DNA of 64,000 nt from Mobula hypostoma (lineage: Eukaryota): contig NC_086097.1 in the NCBI RefSeq assembly GCF_963921235.1, forward strand, positions 158,226,001 to 158,290,000. The letters are read 5' to 3'. Shown piece after piece: positions 11,528-23,790 of this stretch; within the stretch, counting starts at the first letter, position 1; the number at the start of each line of letters is the position of its first letter. The notes beneath the pieces were generated by a model. The model did no database searches. It saw only the letters and a list, made by a program, of their open reading frames with translations, and was not told the origin of the DNA. A program made the position numbers and the translations under genes.

Positions 11528-13600
11528 AGACTATAAGACTGTAAGATAAGAGCAGAATTAGGCTATTTGACTTATTGAGTCTACTCCACCAGTCCATCAC
11601 GACTGATTTATTAACCCTTTCAACCCCATTCTCCTGCTTTCTCCCCATAACCTTTGTTCTTACCAACCAAGAACCCATTAACTTCTGCTTTAAATATACT
11701 CAGTGTCTTGGCTTCCACAGCTGTCTGTGGAAATGAATTCCACAGTTTCACTCACCTCCTGGATAAAGAAATTCCTTCTCATCTCTGTCCTACCTCGACG
11801 TTCCTCTATTCTGAGGTTGTGGCCTCTGGTGACTCACACAAGATAGGAAGCATTTTCCCCACATCCATCCCATCTAGGCCTTTCAATATTTGATAGGTTT
11901 CAAAGATATTCCCTCCTCATTCTTCAAAACTCCACGGAGTACAGGTCTAGAGAAATCAAATGCTGTTCATACATTAACCCTTGCATTCCTGGAATCATTC
12001 TCATGAACCTCCTCTGCACCCTTTCCAGTGCCAGCACATCTATTCTTTGATAAGGGGCCCAAAACTGATCACAATATATATTCTAATCCTTTCAAAATGA
12101 ATGCTATCATTGCATTTGCCTTTCTTACCACTGACTCATCCTGCAAGTTAACTTTTCAGGAATCCTGCACAAGGCCTCCCAAGTTCCTTTGTGTCTCAGT
12201 TTTTTGTATTTTCTCACCACTTAGAAAATAGTCAACCCTTTTGTTTCTTCTACTAAAGTGTATGACCATACACTTCCTAACACTGTATTCTATCTGCCAC
12301 TTTGCCCATTCTCCTGATTGGTTTAAATCCTTATGCAGATTCCCTGTTTCCTCAACACTACTTGCCTCTCCACATTTCTTCGTATCACCCACAAATTTGG
12401 ATATAAAGCCAAGAATTCTATCATCCAAATCAGTGACATAACATAAAAAGACATGGTCCCACCACTGACCCCCTACGGAACTTCACTAGTCACCAGTGGC
12501 CAATCAGAAAATGTTGCTTTCATTCCTGCTCTTTGTTCTTTGCCAGTCAGCCAATTTTTCATCCATGCTGTTATCTTTCCCGTAACACCATGGGCTCTTA
12601 CTTTCTTTAGCAGCCTCATGTCTGGCACCTTGTCACCAGCCTTCTGAAAATCCAAGTAAACAACATTCACTGACTCTCCTTTGTCTATCCTGGTTGTTGT
12701 TTCCTCAGAGATTTGTCAGGCAAAATTTCCCTTTAAGGAAACCATGCTAACTTTATATCATGTGCCTTCTAAGTACCTTGTCCTTAATAATGGACTCCAA
12801 CATGTTCACAACCACTGAATTCAGGCCAACTGGCTTATAATTTCTTTTCTTCTGGCTCCCACCCTTCTGAAAGAGTAGAGTGACATTTGCAATTTACCAG
12901 TCCTCCAGAACCATTCCATAATCCAGTGATTCTTTAAAGATAATTACTAATGCCTGCACAATCTCTTCAGCTACCCCTTTCAGAACTCTGGGTTATAGTC
13001 CACCTGGTTCAGGTGATATGTCTACCTTTAAACCTTTCAAATTCCCTAGCATTTTCTCCTTAGTGATAGCCACTACTTTCACTTGTGCCCCCTGACACTC
13101 TGGCATTTCTGGCATAGTGCAAGTGTCTTCCACAGTGAATACTGATACAAAGTACTTGTTAAGTTCCGTTGCCATTTCTTAGTCCCATTACCACCCCTCC
13201 ATTCCAGAATTGCCTTGCCCCTAGTTGGCTCAACCACAAGCTACTATAGAAAGCAATCTCATAGGCATTCTACAAATTCCCTTTCTTAATTTTCCCAATC
13301 TACCTGTATGGTGAAATCCCCATTACTATTGCAATAGTGCTCTTTTTACATGACTTTCTAACTCCTGTTTTAATTTTACCCCACATCATGGCTACTGCTC
13401 AGAGGCATGTGTATAACTCACTTTAGATGTGTGTTTTTTTACCCTTTCTACCCACAAGGATTCTACCGATCCTTTGTCACCTCTTCTAAAGATTTGTTAT
13501 TTTTATTTAACCACCAGAGCCACTAACTGTCTCTGCCTACCTGCATGCCCTTTCAATACAAAGTTTATCCTTTGATATTAAGCTTCCAACTATGATCTAT
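11528..13600 (-). mobile_element. CR1 LINE, decayed ORF2 with deletions
   Basis: VVYLDFQKA.DKVP..RLLKKVRAHG; ISKFVGDTK; MATELNKYFVSVFTVED; short-repeat 3' tail at ~11528-11550. Confidence 0.9.
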
Positions 13601-14059
13601 GATAGTGATTAAAAAAGAAAAGTCAACATGTCTTTGATTCGGAGGATCCTGTCTGATTAAATTAACACAACTAAATGTATCAATGAGGGAAGTGCAGTTG
13701 AGGTGAGTGGTTAATTGTAGTCTACATGGACTTCAATAAGAAGTTTGAGCAAGTTGCAAATTGGAAGGATGTGATTGCATTGGAGAGGATGCAGAAAGGC
13801 TTTGCCAGATGATTACTTGCAGTGGAACATTTCACGTATTGGGAGAGTCCAGACAGGTTATTTTTCCCCCTTGGAATGGAGAGTTATGAGTGAGGACCCT
13901 TCAAAATTATGGAACTTTTCCCTTAACAGAACTATTTCTAAAAAAGGATAAAACCTGAGATCGCGAGGAGCCATTGGTGAGCACATTGTGAGAGTGAGAT
14001 TTGAAAAGGTGAGTCGGACATTCTGTGCCCTGAGTTCATGAGGATCTGTTGGTGACTGC

Positions 14060-15790
14060 ATTTTAGGGGTAAGAGTTGAAAGAAGGTGTATGTTCTTTAT
14101 TAGTCAGGAGATTGAGTTCAAATGTAAACCCTGGTTAGACCATACTTGGACTATTGTGTTCCGTTCTGGTCACCTCATTATGGGAAGGATGTGGAAGCTT
14201 TCAAAAGGGAGCAGAGAAGATTTACCAGGATGTTGCCTGGACTAGGGGCATGTTTTATGAATATAGGTTGAGCGAGCTAAAGCTTTTTTCTTTGGACCTG
14301 AGATAATGAGGGGAGACTTGATGGAGGTGTACAAGGTGAGATGAGGCATAAATTGAGAGGATAGCTAGAGACTTTTTCCTAAAGTACAACTTACTAATAC
14401 AAGGGGGCATAATTTTAAGGTTAAACACACAAAATGCTGGAGGAACTCAGCAGGTTAGACCATTGCCATTCTGTCCATGCCAGTCCATGGCCTTCTCTTG
14501 TGCCAAGATGAGGCCACTCTCAGGGAATCTATGGAAATTAATAAACAGTTGAAGTTTCAGGCCGAGTCCATCCTTCAGGAGGAGGGGAAGGAAGATAGCT
14601 AGAAAGTAATAGGTGAAGCCAGGTAGTTAAAGGGCTGAAGAGGAAGAAATCTGATAGGGGAGGAGAGTGGACCATAGAAGAAATGGAAAGAGGAGGGGAC
14701 CCAGGGTGAGGCGCTGGGCAGGTGAGAAGAAGTAAAAGGCTGGTGGGGAATAGAAAAAAAGGGGAGGGGAGGATGTGTTTTTAACCCAAAGGAGAAATTG
14801 ATAATCATGCCATCAGGTTGGAGGCTACCCAGAAGGAATATAAGGTGTTGCTCCTCCACCTTGGGGGTGGGCTCATCTTGGCCCAACAGGAGGCCATGGA
14901 CTGACATGATGGAATGGGAATTAAAATGTTTGGTCACTGGGAAGTTCCACTTTTGGTGGATGGAGTGGAGCTGATCGACAAAGTGTCCCCAGTTTATGAT
15001 GGGTCTCAACCAATGAAAAGAAGGCCACATTGGGAGCACTGGACACAATAGATGACCCCAGCATATTCACAGGTGAAGTGTTTCCTCACCTGGAATGGTC
15101 TATTTGGGACTCAGCATGGAAGGTGAAGGATGAGGTGAATTGGCAGGTGTAGTGCTGAGAGGAAGATTAGTGCAGAGGGACGAATGGACAAGGGAATCCA
15201 TTTCCACAGTGATATCTGCAGAAAAGGGAGGGGGGGAGGTAAAGATATGTTCAGTGGTACAATCTCTTTGGAATTGGTGGAAGTTGCGGAGGATGATGTG
15301 TTGGATGTGGAGGCCCATGGGATGGTATGGTTGGCAAGGACACGTGAAACTGTATCGCTGTTAAGATGGCGGGAAGATGGGGTGACCGCAGATGTTCAGG
15401 AAATTGAGGAGATGCAGGTAAAGGCAGAATCAATGGTGGATGAAGGGAAACCCCGTTCTTTGAAAAAGATGCTGCCTGACCTACTGAGTTCCTCTAGTAT
15501 TTAGTGTGTTGCTTTGGAATTTCAGCATCTGCAGACTTTCACCTGTTCTTAATATTAAGGTGGTTAGCAGAAAGTATAAAGGAGATGTCAGAGGTATTGT
15601 AAGTCTTTAAATAGAGTGTGGTGGTTGCGTGAAATGCCCTGCCAGCGATGATGGATACATTAGAGGCATTTAAGAAACCGTTAGATGCATGGATGATCAT
15701 AAAATGGAGGGATATGTAGGATGGAAGACTTAAATTAATCTTAAAGTAGGTTAAAAGTTTGGCACAACGTGGGCTGAAAGGCCTGTACTT
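14060..15790 (+). mobile_element. CR1 3' fragment split by a Penelope insertion (14060-14421 and 15550-15790)
   Basis: ctggttagaccatacttggactattgtgtt (LVRP.L.YC). The CR1 sequence resumes after the duplicated taa(t/a)ttaaggt-type site. Confidence 0.85.
14422..15549 (-). mobile_element. Penelope-like element, 5'-truncated, with an inverted pLTR piece at its 5' end
   Basis: Minus-strand IQHIILRNFHQFQRD and LGSLQPDGM. Minus pLTR at 14424-14580 and plus-strand pLTR tail at ~15468-15549. TSD taattttaaggt 14410-14421 / taatattaaggt 15550-15561. Confidence 0.85.
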
Positions 15791-15959
15791 TCATTTTGGG
15801 TATAGGGGAAGAAATTTAGAGTTGTTGTTTTCAACCAGAGAGTGGTTGAAATCTGGTGCACACACCCAATTTGGGTTGTGGCATTTGGGCATTTAGCATT
15901 GTCAATGACCCTTCAGATTCATTCAACAATCTCATTGACAATTGCCTTTGCTTATTTGG

Positions 15960-16545
15960 GACACTACCCTTCTTATCTGGGACAGGTGACTATTGCTGAA
16001 CAGATTCTAACTAATGTCAATCATGTGCTCTTGCTGTTGTTGTTAGGCATTACATTGTACTTTCAGCAAACAGGTTTTTGAACAGTGCCCATTGTGATTT
16101 GTGTTCAAAGAGCTGTAATCTTTGTCACTTATACTGTAGTTTGCAAGAACTAAGAGGTAAGAGGACTCAGAACTGTTTTGCTCACTGCAGTTTCAAGCAT
16201 TCAGGCTTGGAGATGGCTGGGAGTGAAAAACCATTTCATTACGTCAACAAGTTAGGACTGACAAAGAATTTGAAGGCATCCACAATCATCTTGAATGTTA
16301 CAATGAAAGTGAAGAATTGGAAGATGCAATTGTCAAATTGCATTGTATAAAGGCAGTCTATTATCTGCACTAGGTGTCTGGACTGATTTTGTTCATTTAC
16401 AGTCAATCAAAATAACCTGGCATTGTACCTCTGGATGAACTTCTCTAATAACTATTAGAAACGGTTACAGTTTTGTAGTACTGTCGTAGTATTGGTAGTG
16501 TTCTAATTACTTCTGTGTTTCATTTAAATACATAGTTTGTTACTT
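15960..16545 (+). mobile_element. pogo/Tigger-like DNA transposon remnant
   Basis: Homologous to 1-114 and 550-709; NCFAHCSF motif. Confidence 0.4.
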
Positions 16546-16559
16546 TTTTTTCCTCCTTT

Positions 16560-17085
16560 TTCATCTAAGTTACAAAGATACAGTGATAGACTATGCAGGT
16601 CAAATCATTATTCAGTGTATTGAGCTAGAATAAGCTAAAATAATAATGCAGAATGAAGTGTTAAAAGCTACTACAAAAAACCCATATTGCAGGTAAATGA
16701 TAGAGTGCATCATCATCATCATCATAATGAGTTGGATTGTGAGGCCAAGAATCCATCTTATTGTACAAGTCGTCAGCTTAAGACTGATAACAGTGGGATA
16801 GAAACTGTCCTTGAACCTGGTGGTATTGCTTTCAGGCTTTTATAACTTCTTCCCAATGGAAGGGGAGAGAAGACAGAGTACCATAATGACTGAAGTCTTT
16901 GATTATGTTGGCCGCTTGATTATGAGGCAGCGGAGTATAGACACAGTCCATAGATGGGAGGCTGGGTCTTGAGATATGCTGAGCTGTGTCCAGAACTCTG
17001 CAGTTTCCTGCAGTCACATGCAGAGTAGCTGCTGTACCAAGCCATGATGAATTAAGACAGAATGCCTACTATGTGCATCAATATC
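16560..17085 (-). mobile_element. Rex1/Babar-type 3' fragment
   Basis: RVLDTAQHISRPSLPSMD...AANIIKD on the minus strand. Confidence 0.7.
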
Positions 17086-20000
17086 GACAGTTTGTGATAT
17101 CACTACACGAAGTCTCAGAGGCATAAGCTCACGAAGTGCATCTCTATCTGCCCAATTTAGATGCACTGTAGTCAGTTTGTATTCGGGCAAAACAGCAAAA
17201 AATATTGTTCGTCTTGGAGTTTCCAGAATTGATGTCAATATGATTTGTTTAACTGGAGTGCTGCAGTTCTTGAGGCTAAAATGCTGATGGTATAATGGTT
17301 AGCTCAAAGAAAGTACGCATTATGTTCTATACATTTGTGTTCAAATTAAAATCTGTTTTGTTAGATGCCAAATTTAAGCTTCAGTCATTCTAATTCACAG
17401 CTATCCCCTGAAACTGTTTCCCCTAATCAGAGACTACTTGTAGGCTATACTGTATATGAGCAGAAACATTTTTTGATTTATCATGTTTTGGATAATAAAC
17501 TGGACAAATTTCATTGTTTTAGTGAGTCACGTAAAACAAAATAGCGAAAAAGGGCATTGCAAAGTATAAATATTTTAAGGAAGAAAACTCAAATTTTTGA
17601 GAATAGTGGCATGTTGATGACTTCAATTTGTATGAAGCTAGCTTCTTTGCAGCAGGAAAACGTCACATTTTTAATGACTTTTCCATATTGTGCCTTGAGG
17701 CGTTTGCAGTCATGTGAAATTATATTTCTTCAGTCCCCACGCGTCTCCTCATCCGCATTAATCACATCTTTCAACTCTGGCTTAACTTGATTACAAAATT
17801 GTAAGGGTTGCCCATGTCACAATTGTGACAATGGCTTATTACATGAGAAAAGCTTTCTTATTATGCTTGCTATCCTATACCAAGCCATTGGTTCAGTTAT
17901 GAGGTATCTGTAACAAGAAAACCCCCAGATAACATGCTTTTCAATGTTAGCCATGTAATTATGTAATACATTACAAAAACTGTGTTGTGTTTGTCAAATC
18001 CCATCTATTGTGCTTGATCTTTGTGTTTCGACTGTAAACTATCCAATTTTTACCTTTAACTGTGCTGGAGCTACTAGGTTTAGGAAAACTTGACAAGTAG
18101 CATGATAGGATAATAACTTGACTTTGCTTAGGCTGAAAATTTATCGTATGACTAATAACTCGAAGCTCCCCATTGCAAGAGACATGGGAGTAAGATAAAT
18201 GAAACACAAAAATAAGAAAGGGAATTATGTTTCTATCATTTAAATAAAAAGTGTTTTAATAGATGTTTCAATTGTATTTAAGAAAATAACCAAGATTCTT
18301 GGACTTAAGTCTAGTTTGGGTACCATCCGAGATCACTCCCCTCATTTTAACCTATGGCAGATCAAAATCTGTTTTCCTGAATATAACCTTAGATGGTTGA
18401 ACTACAATTGAGAACTGATCTGGGAGGGAAAGGAATTGTCTTCTTGCTTGCCTGTATTGTTTTTTGTTCAACTGTGTCCCACCATGGAGCTGTCTGTTTC
18501 TTTGCACTTCCCAATGATTTGCATATTAAATGGGAAGCATTTTACCATAACAGGTCACAATGCACAAAATATTGATTGATTTGATGTTTGGAAGCCTTTT
18601 GTCTAGAAGATGAAAAGTCGTAATTTGTGTCTTAAACATGCATTCACACATCTCTGCAAAGCAACTTGATAAAAATAGCTGAAAATCATTGAAATCTAAT
18701 GATTTGAAAGGATGGGCTAATATTGTTGCTTGGAATTGTGATTATTTACACCCTGATTGTTTTTCTAGAACAGTTAGTACTTTCAATTTTCACTTATTCT
18801 TTCTTTCCCTGTGAAAGGTGTCCTTTTTTTGTCTGAGCTGGCAATTGATAAATTCAATATTTAGCAACAGTCATAGGTACCTAGAATGTTCAGGTAGTTT
18901 GCCTAATGTAGGATGTTCTTGGTAGATCTACCCCCACACTTGAATATTTTTTCCTAGTTTGTGGTCAATGAAGAAGCAGAGGGGTGTGGTGACAACTGCA
19001 GGAAGAAGCTGGGAATGGGAGCATGTTGATTCATGCAGTGACGTGAACTGCTTAAACTCCTCACACTGAAAGATCGCTATATGCAATATAGAAGCAAATA
19101 AATCAGTGCTTTGAAATAAATTGTAAAGATAGCATCAACCATTGAATTACAGACTGACTCTAAGGGACTTCATGGACTACTCATGTTCTTCATCTGCTGA
19201 AAAGTGCTCAAATGCATGCTTCCAAGTTATATTACAATCAGTGGGTTACTGCGCAGTGAAGTGGGTCAGCATGACAGGGTTGTCTAGAGAGAGGAAATCA
19301 ATGGGCAGTCTGGCTCCATCATGAACAATGAATGCTGCCTCAGTAATGATGAACATTTCCTAACTATTATTTTAACAAAATAACTGCTCTTAGGCTCTCT
19401 GAATCTCACCTGTAGGATTTCTGAATGTAATTGACTTTGGGCAAAGATTCATTTCACAAGTGAGCAGATTTCAAAAGATTTTGTTAAATGTTTGCCTACT
19501 GGTACTGTGCACTGTAATTTAAAATGCATTTGCAGATGATAGAGGGCCCCGTGTGGTTTATTTGCATTTTAGTTTGCATTCTCTACCTTTATATATTTTT
19601 CTCTTTCTGCCAATGTTGGTTATTGTGAAACAGCGTCACATTGTACAATTGTGCTCAGAAGAGGGCTGCAATATTGCACTCTGATGTAATTGGTCAGAAT
19701 GTAAGGGGTTTTCACAGTCGGAGTAGGTTATTGATTTATGCATTCCACTGATTTAGCGTTCCACTGAGAACATTGGAATTTAATTTTGATGCAAGGAGGA
19801 AGATAAGAGCCTGTCCAGGTATATAATAGAACAGCCAATATTTGAGATAGCAGGTGTGTGGATGAGTAATTCTGCAGACTTCCTCTGATACTGTCACATT
19901 GAGTTGCTATCCCAGTCTTTTTTTTATGGCTTATCCATTTAAGTTTTCATGCCTTAGTTAAACTTCAAAGCCAGTAATTTATTTCATATTGAAAGATCCC

Positions 20001-20182
20001 TTCCTGTCCTTTTGGAGAAGAGTCCATACACATCTTTAGGTGGTTGGTAAAGCCAACCTTTCTATCCATCTATATGGTATTTTTGAGTTGGAGAATTCTG
20101 GTCTCAGAACGAAAGATTCATGAGTTAAGGTGTTACAAATTCCTAATTTCTGCCCGTGGTTAACAATGCCTTAATTGTTTAG

Positions 20183-20284
20183 CAACACACATCAAAGTTG
20201 CTGGTGAATGCAGCAGGCCAGGCAGCATCTCTAGGAATAGGTACAGTCGACGTTTCGGGCCGAGACCCTTCGTCAGGACTAACT
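20183..20284 (-). mobile_element. Solo hammerhead/pLTR insertion, 102 bp, 12-bp TSD
   Basis: TSD ttaattgtttag at 20171-20182 and 20285-20296. The insert is nearly identical to the reverse complement of 6182-6283. Confidence 0.9.
20245..20280 (-). ncRNA. Minimal hammerhead ribozyme motif, intact core
   Basis: The minus strand reads agtc-CTGACGA-agggtctcggccc-GAAA-cGTC-gact. Confidence 0.8.
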
Positions 20285-21452
20285 TTAATTGTTTAGACCA
20301 ACTTTCCAATATAACAATGAATAGAATTTTTTATATAATGTTTTAACCTAAAAATGACATGCCCATATGCTTAGCAGGTACATTGATATAAAAAGGTACC
20401 CGAATAAGCCACATAGCATAAAGTTTGCTTCAAGAGCAGGTTTTTAAGCAGTTTTTCTCTGAAAGGAGAAATGAGGAAGAGATGTGGAAGGGTATGGGAA
20501 TTGAATTTCAAAGTTTGGGGTGCGTACTGCAGGAGGTGTGGCCACTTAAACTCCCGAAGATGGCAGCTCAGATGCAAATACAGTGCCAAAAGAAACCCCT
20601 GAACAACACAGGTGCTCGACTGTCATCACAAATCTGCTGCCTGTGGGCAGATTGTTGGTTGGAGGCCATCAACCATCATAGAGTGGCTGATTAAAAATCA
20701 GGGGATAATACTATAGCCAATGAGAGCAAATTCAGTCAGTCATAATGATAGGAGTACAGTAAAAGGAGAAAAACTAGTTTAAACTGTGTTTATTTCAGTG
20801 CACAAAAAGTGACAGGTAAGGCTGATGAAGTTGTTGGTGATTGGTTGTGGGACTGGGATGTCATAACCATAACAGGAACATGGTGGAGGGAAAGGGGTAG
20901 GCTAGGCAGCCCAGTGTTCCAGGATACTGATGCTACAGGTGTGACAGAGATGTAGGTAAGAGAGGGGTAGTTGTTTTCTTGATGAAAGAGGACACAACAG
21001 TCATTCTTAGAGAGTATATTCTTGGGGAAATCATCAAATGAGGCTATATGGGTATAACTTAGAAATAGAAAGGGAAGTAGGGAATGGTCGTTCTGTCAAG
21101 ATTGTATTATTGCCCCCACCCCATAGTCAGCAGGAATTGGAAGAGCAGAAATGTGGAAAGTTTGCAGCTAGTTTGTTAACATAATAGGGTAGCATTAGTG
21201 AGAGATTTTAACTTCCCTAATATTGACAGGGCCAACCATGCTGCGAAAGGCTGGAGTGGATTGAAATATTTGAAATCTGTCCTAGACAGCTTTTTGGAAA
21301 CGACTTAGGGCAAGTTGTGGAAGTGCCTGTTGGCAAGCACTTTGGATCCTGTGACTATAATTCAGTTAGTTTTAAAATAGTGACCGAGAAGGATGTGGTC
21401 AGTTCATGGATTAAGGTCCTGAACTAGAGCAGAGCAAATTTTGGAGCCATTA

Positions 21453-21581
21453 CACGAGGAATTCTGCAGATGCTGGAAATTCAAGCAACACACATCAAAG
21501 TTGCTGGTGAACGCAGCAGGCCAGGCAGCATCTCTAGGAGGAGGTATAGTCGACGTTTCGGGCCGAGACCCTTCGTCAGGA
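21453..21581 (-). mobile_element. Solo hammerhead/pLTR insertion with 5-bp TSD; hammerhead core intact at 21548-21582
   Basis: catta at 21448-21452 and 21582-21586. The minus strand reads gtc-CTGACGA-agggtctcggccc-GAAA-cGTC-gact. Confidence 0.85.
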
Positions 21582-22011
21582 CATTAGACAGGATTTTGCA
21601 GTTGTTAATTGAGCAAGATTGTTTGCAGGGAAAGGAGCATCTGCCAAGTGGAAGCCTTCAGAAATGTAATGCCAGGAGTTCGGGGCCTGTATGTTCCTGC
21701 TAGGATGAAGGATAAGGCTGGCAGATGGAGAGGATCTTGTTTGAGGAAAGATGTTGAGGCTCTGGTTAAGATAAAGAGGGGGCATACACTGCACTTGAAG
21801 ATTACAATCAAGAGGGGTGCACTTCAGAGAGATGTTAAGAGGGCAAAAATAGCATATGAGAAGGATCTGGCAGACAAGGTGAAACAAAATCCCAGGCGAT
21901 TCCATAGGTATGCTAAGAGTATAAGGGTGACTAGGGAGAGAATAAGTCACCTTAAAGGTCAATGTGGCCATTTGTGTGTGAAACCAATGGAAATGAATGA
22001 GATTTTTAATG

Positions 22012-22173
22012 TTTCAGGCCGAGACCCTTCGTCAGGACAAATTCCTGACAAAGGGTCTCGGCCTGAAACGTCGACTGTACCTCTTCCTAGAGATGCTGCC
22101 TGGCCTGCTGCGTTCACCAGCAACTTTGATGTGTGTTGCTTGAATTTCCATCATCTGCAGAATTCCTCATGTT
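22012..22173 (+). mobile_element. pLTR insertion with an inverted duplication of the hammerhead core, 14-bp TSD
   Basis: TSD tgagatttttaatg at 21998-22011 and 22174-22187. The 27-bp arms 22011-22037 and 22043-22069 have one mismatch. Confidence 0.9.
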
Positions 22174-22699
22174 TGAGATTTTTAATGAACACTTCTCATC
22201 AGGTTTTACTGTGGAGAAACAATGGAAGTTGAGGAAATGGAGAAATGAATGGTGTTGTTTTCGACCATTTACCAGTCAGCAGGGAGGAGGTGGTGGAGGC
22301 TTTAAAGTATTTTTGAACATAATGTAGAACAAAACACAATACAGGACTTTCAGCCCATGACACAGTGTTGACCTTTTAACCTAAAATCAATCTAACACAT
22401 CCCTTCCACTTAATCCTCCATTTAGATTTCATACATGCAGCTTTCTAAAGAGTCTTTCAAATGTCCTGAATGTATCAGTCTCGACAACCACCCCTCCCCT
22501 AACCAATGAAGGTTAACACACAATATGCGTTATTAACAACCCCATCAACTTTAGAGGGATCTGAGAACTTGGATTCCAAGAACCCCTCTGTTCCTCCACA
22601 CTGCTAACATGATATCTGAAATACTGTAGTCTTCTCCCGTCACTAATCCTCATTCGTTACAATCGTTTTTGAATTTCCATTTGCCAATACTCAAAAGGG

Positions 22700-23790
22700 C
22701 AGCCAAGGGAATCAAAGGAGTTAGTCACCTGGACCATATTGACTACATGTCAGGATTCTGAAAAAGGTGGCTGAAGAGATTGTGGCAACAATAGTAGTGA
22801 TCTTGCAAGAATCATAAGATTCTGGAATGATTCCAGGGGACTGGAAAAGTGCAAATGTCACTCCACACTTTAAGAAGGGAGGGACTCAAAAGACATGAAA
22901 TTAGAGGCCAGTTAGCTTGACTACAATGGTTAGAGTCCATTATTAAGGCACATGATAAAATAGGCCAAAGCCAGCATGGTTTCTTAAAGGGAAATTTTGC
23001 CTGACAAATCTGTCGGAAATCTTGGAGGAAATAATAGGCAGGATAGATAAAGGAAAGTCAGTGGAAGTTTTTCACTTGGATTTCCAGAAGGCCTTTAACA
23101 AGATGCTGCACTTGAGGTTGCTAAATAAGATGAGAGCCCATGGTATTACAGGAAAGATACTAGTATGTATAGAAGGTTGGTTTACTGATGGAGAGAGTGA
23201 GAATAAAAGGGACCTTTTCTAGCTGGCTGCCTGTGTCTACTTTTCATGTTATATGTTATCATTCTAGATCACGGAATTGATGATGTCTTTATGACCAATG
23301 TTGGCAGACTGTAAAAGATGGGGGCCAGTTGAGACATTCTTAAGACTACATTTGGAGTTCGTGAGCAGTTTTGGAACCATAGCCTAGAAAACAATGTGCT
23401 AGCATGGAAGAGGAAGTTTACAAGAATGATCCCAAGAATAAAATGGTTAATATTCGAGGAGCATTTGATGGCTCTGGGACTGTACTTGTTGGAGTTTAAA
23501 GAATAAGGTGGGATCTCCTTGAACCTACTGAATATTGAAAGTTGTGGATAGAGGATTTGTAGTAGTCAGAGAGTCAAGGGTCAGAATGAAGAATGTGCTT
23601 TTAGGGTGCATTTAGAGCAGAGATGAGGAATTTCTTTAGCCAGAGGGTGGTGAATCTGTGGAAATTGTTGCCACAGACCACTGGGAATGAGAGAAGGATG
23701 GAAATGGACTTTGTATACATTTGGTATAAATGGTTGCTTGATAGTTGATTGAATGGGCCAAAGTCCTGTTTCCATGCTGTATGACACTTT
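22700..23790 (+). mobile_element. CR1 LINE RT to 3' end, with deletions
   Basis: IPGDWKSANVTP.FKKG; SQHGFLKG; LDFQKAFNKM.HLRLLNKMRAHG. Confidence 0.85.

Larger units (their letters stand above)
20760..22325 (+). mobile_element. Decayed CR1 ORF2, APE endonuclease region, hosting two pLTR insertions
   Basis: Remnants of CVYF.A...GKADE, ITGTW, DFNFPNID, and KQNPRRFHRYAKS.RVTRERI..LK. Confidence 0.8.

Noticed and set aside
21609..22232. 207-aa ORF
   Set aside because: It is decayed CR1 fused in frame to a pLTR insertion. The PETSTVPLPRDAAWPAAF peptide recurs only because the non-coding repeat recurs.
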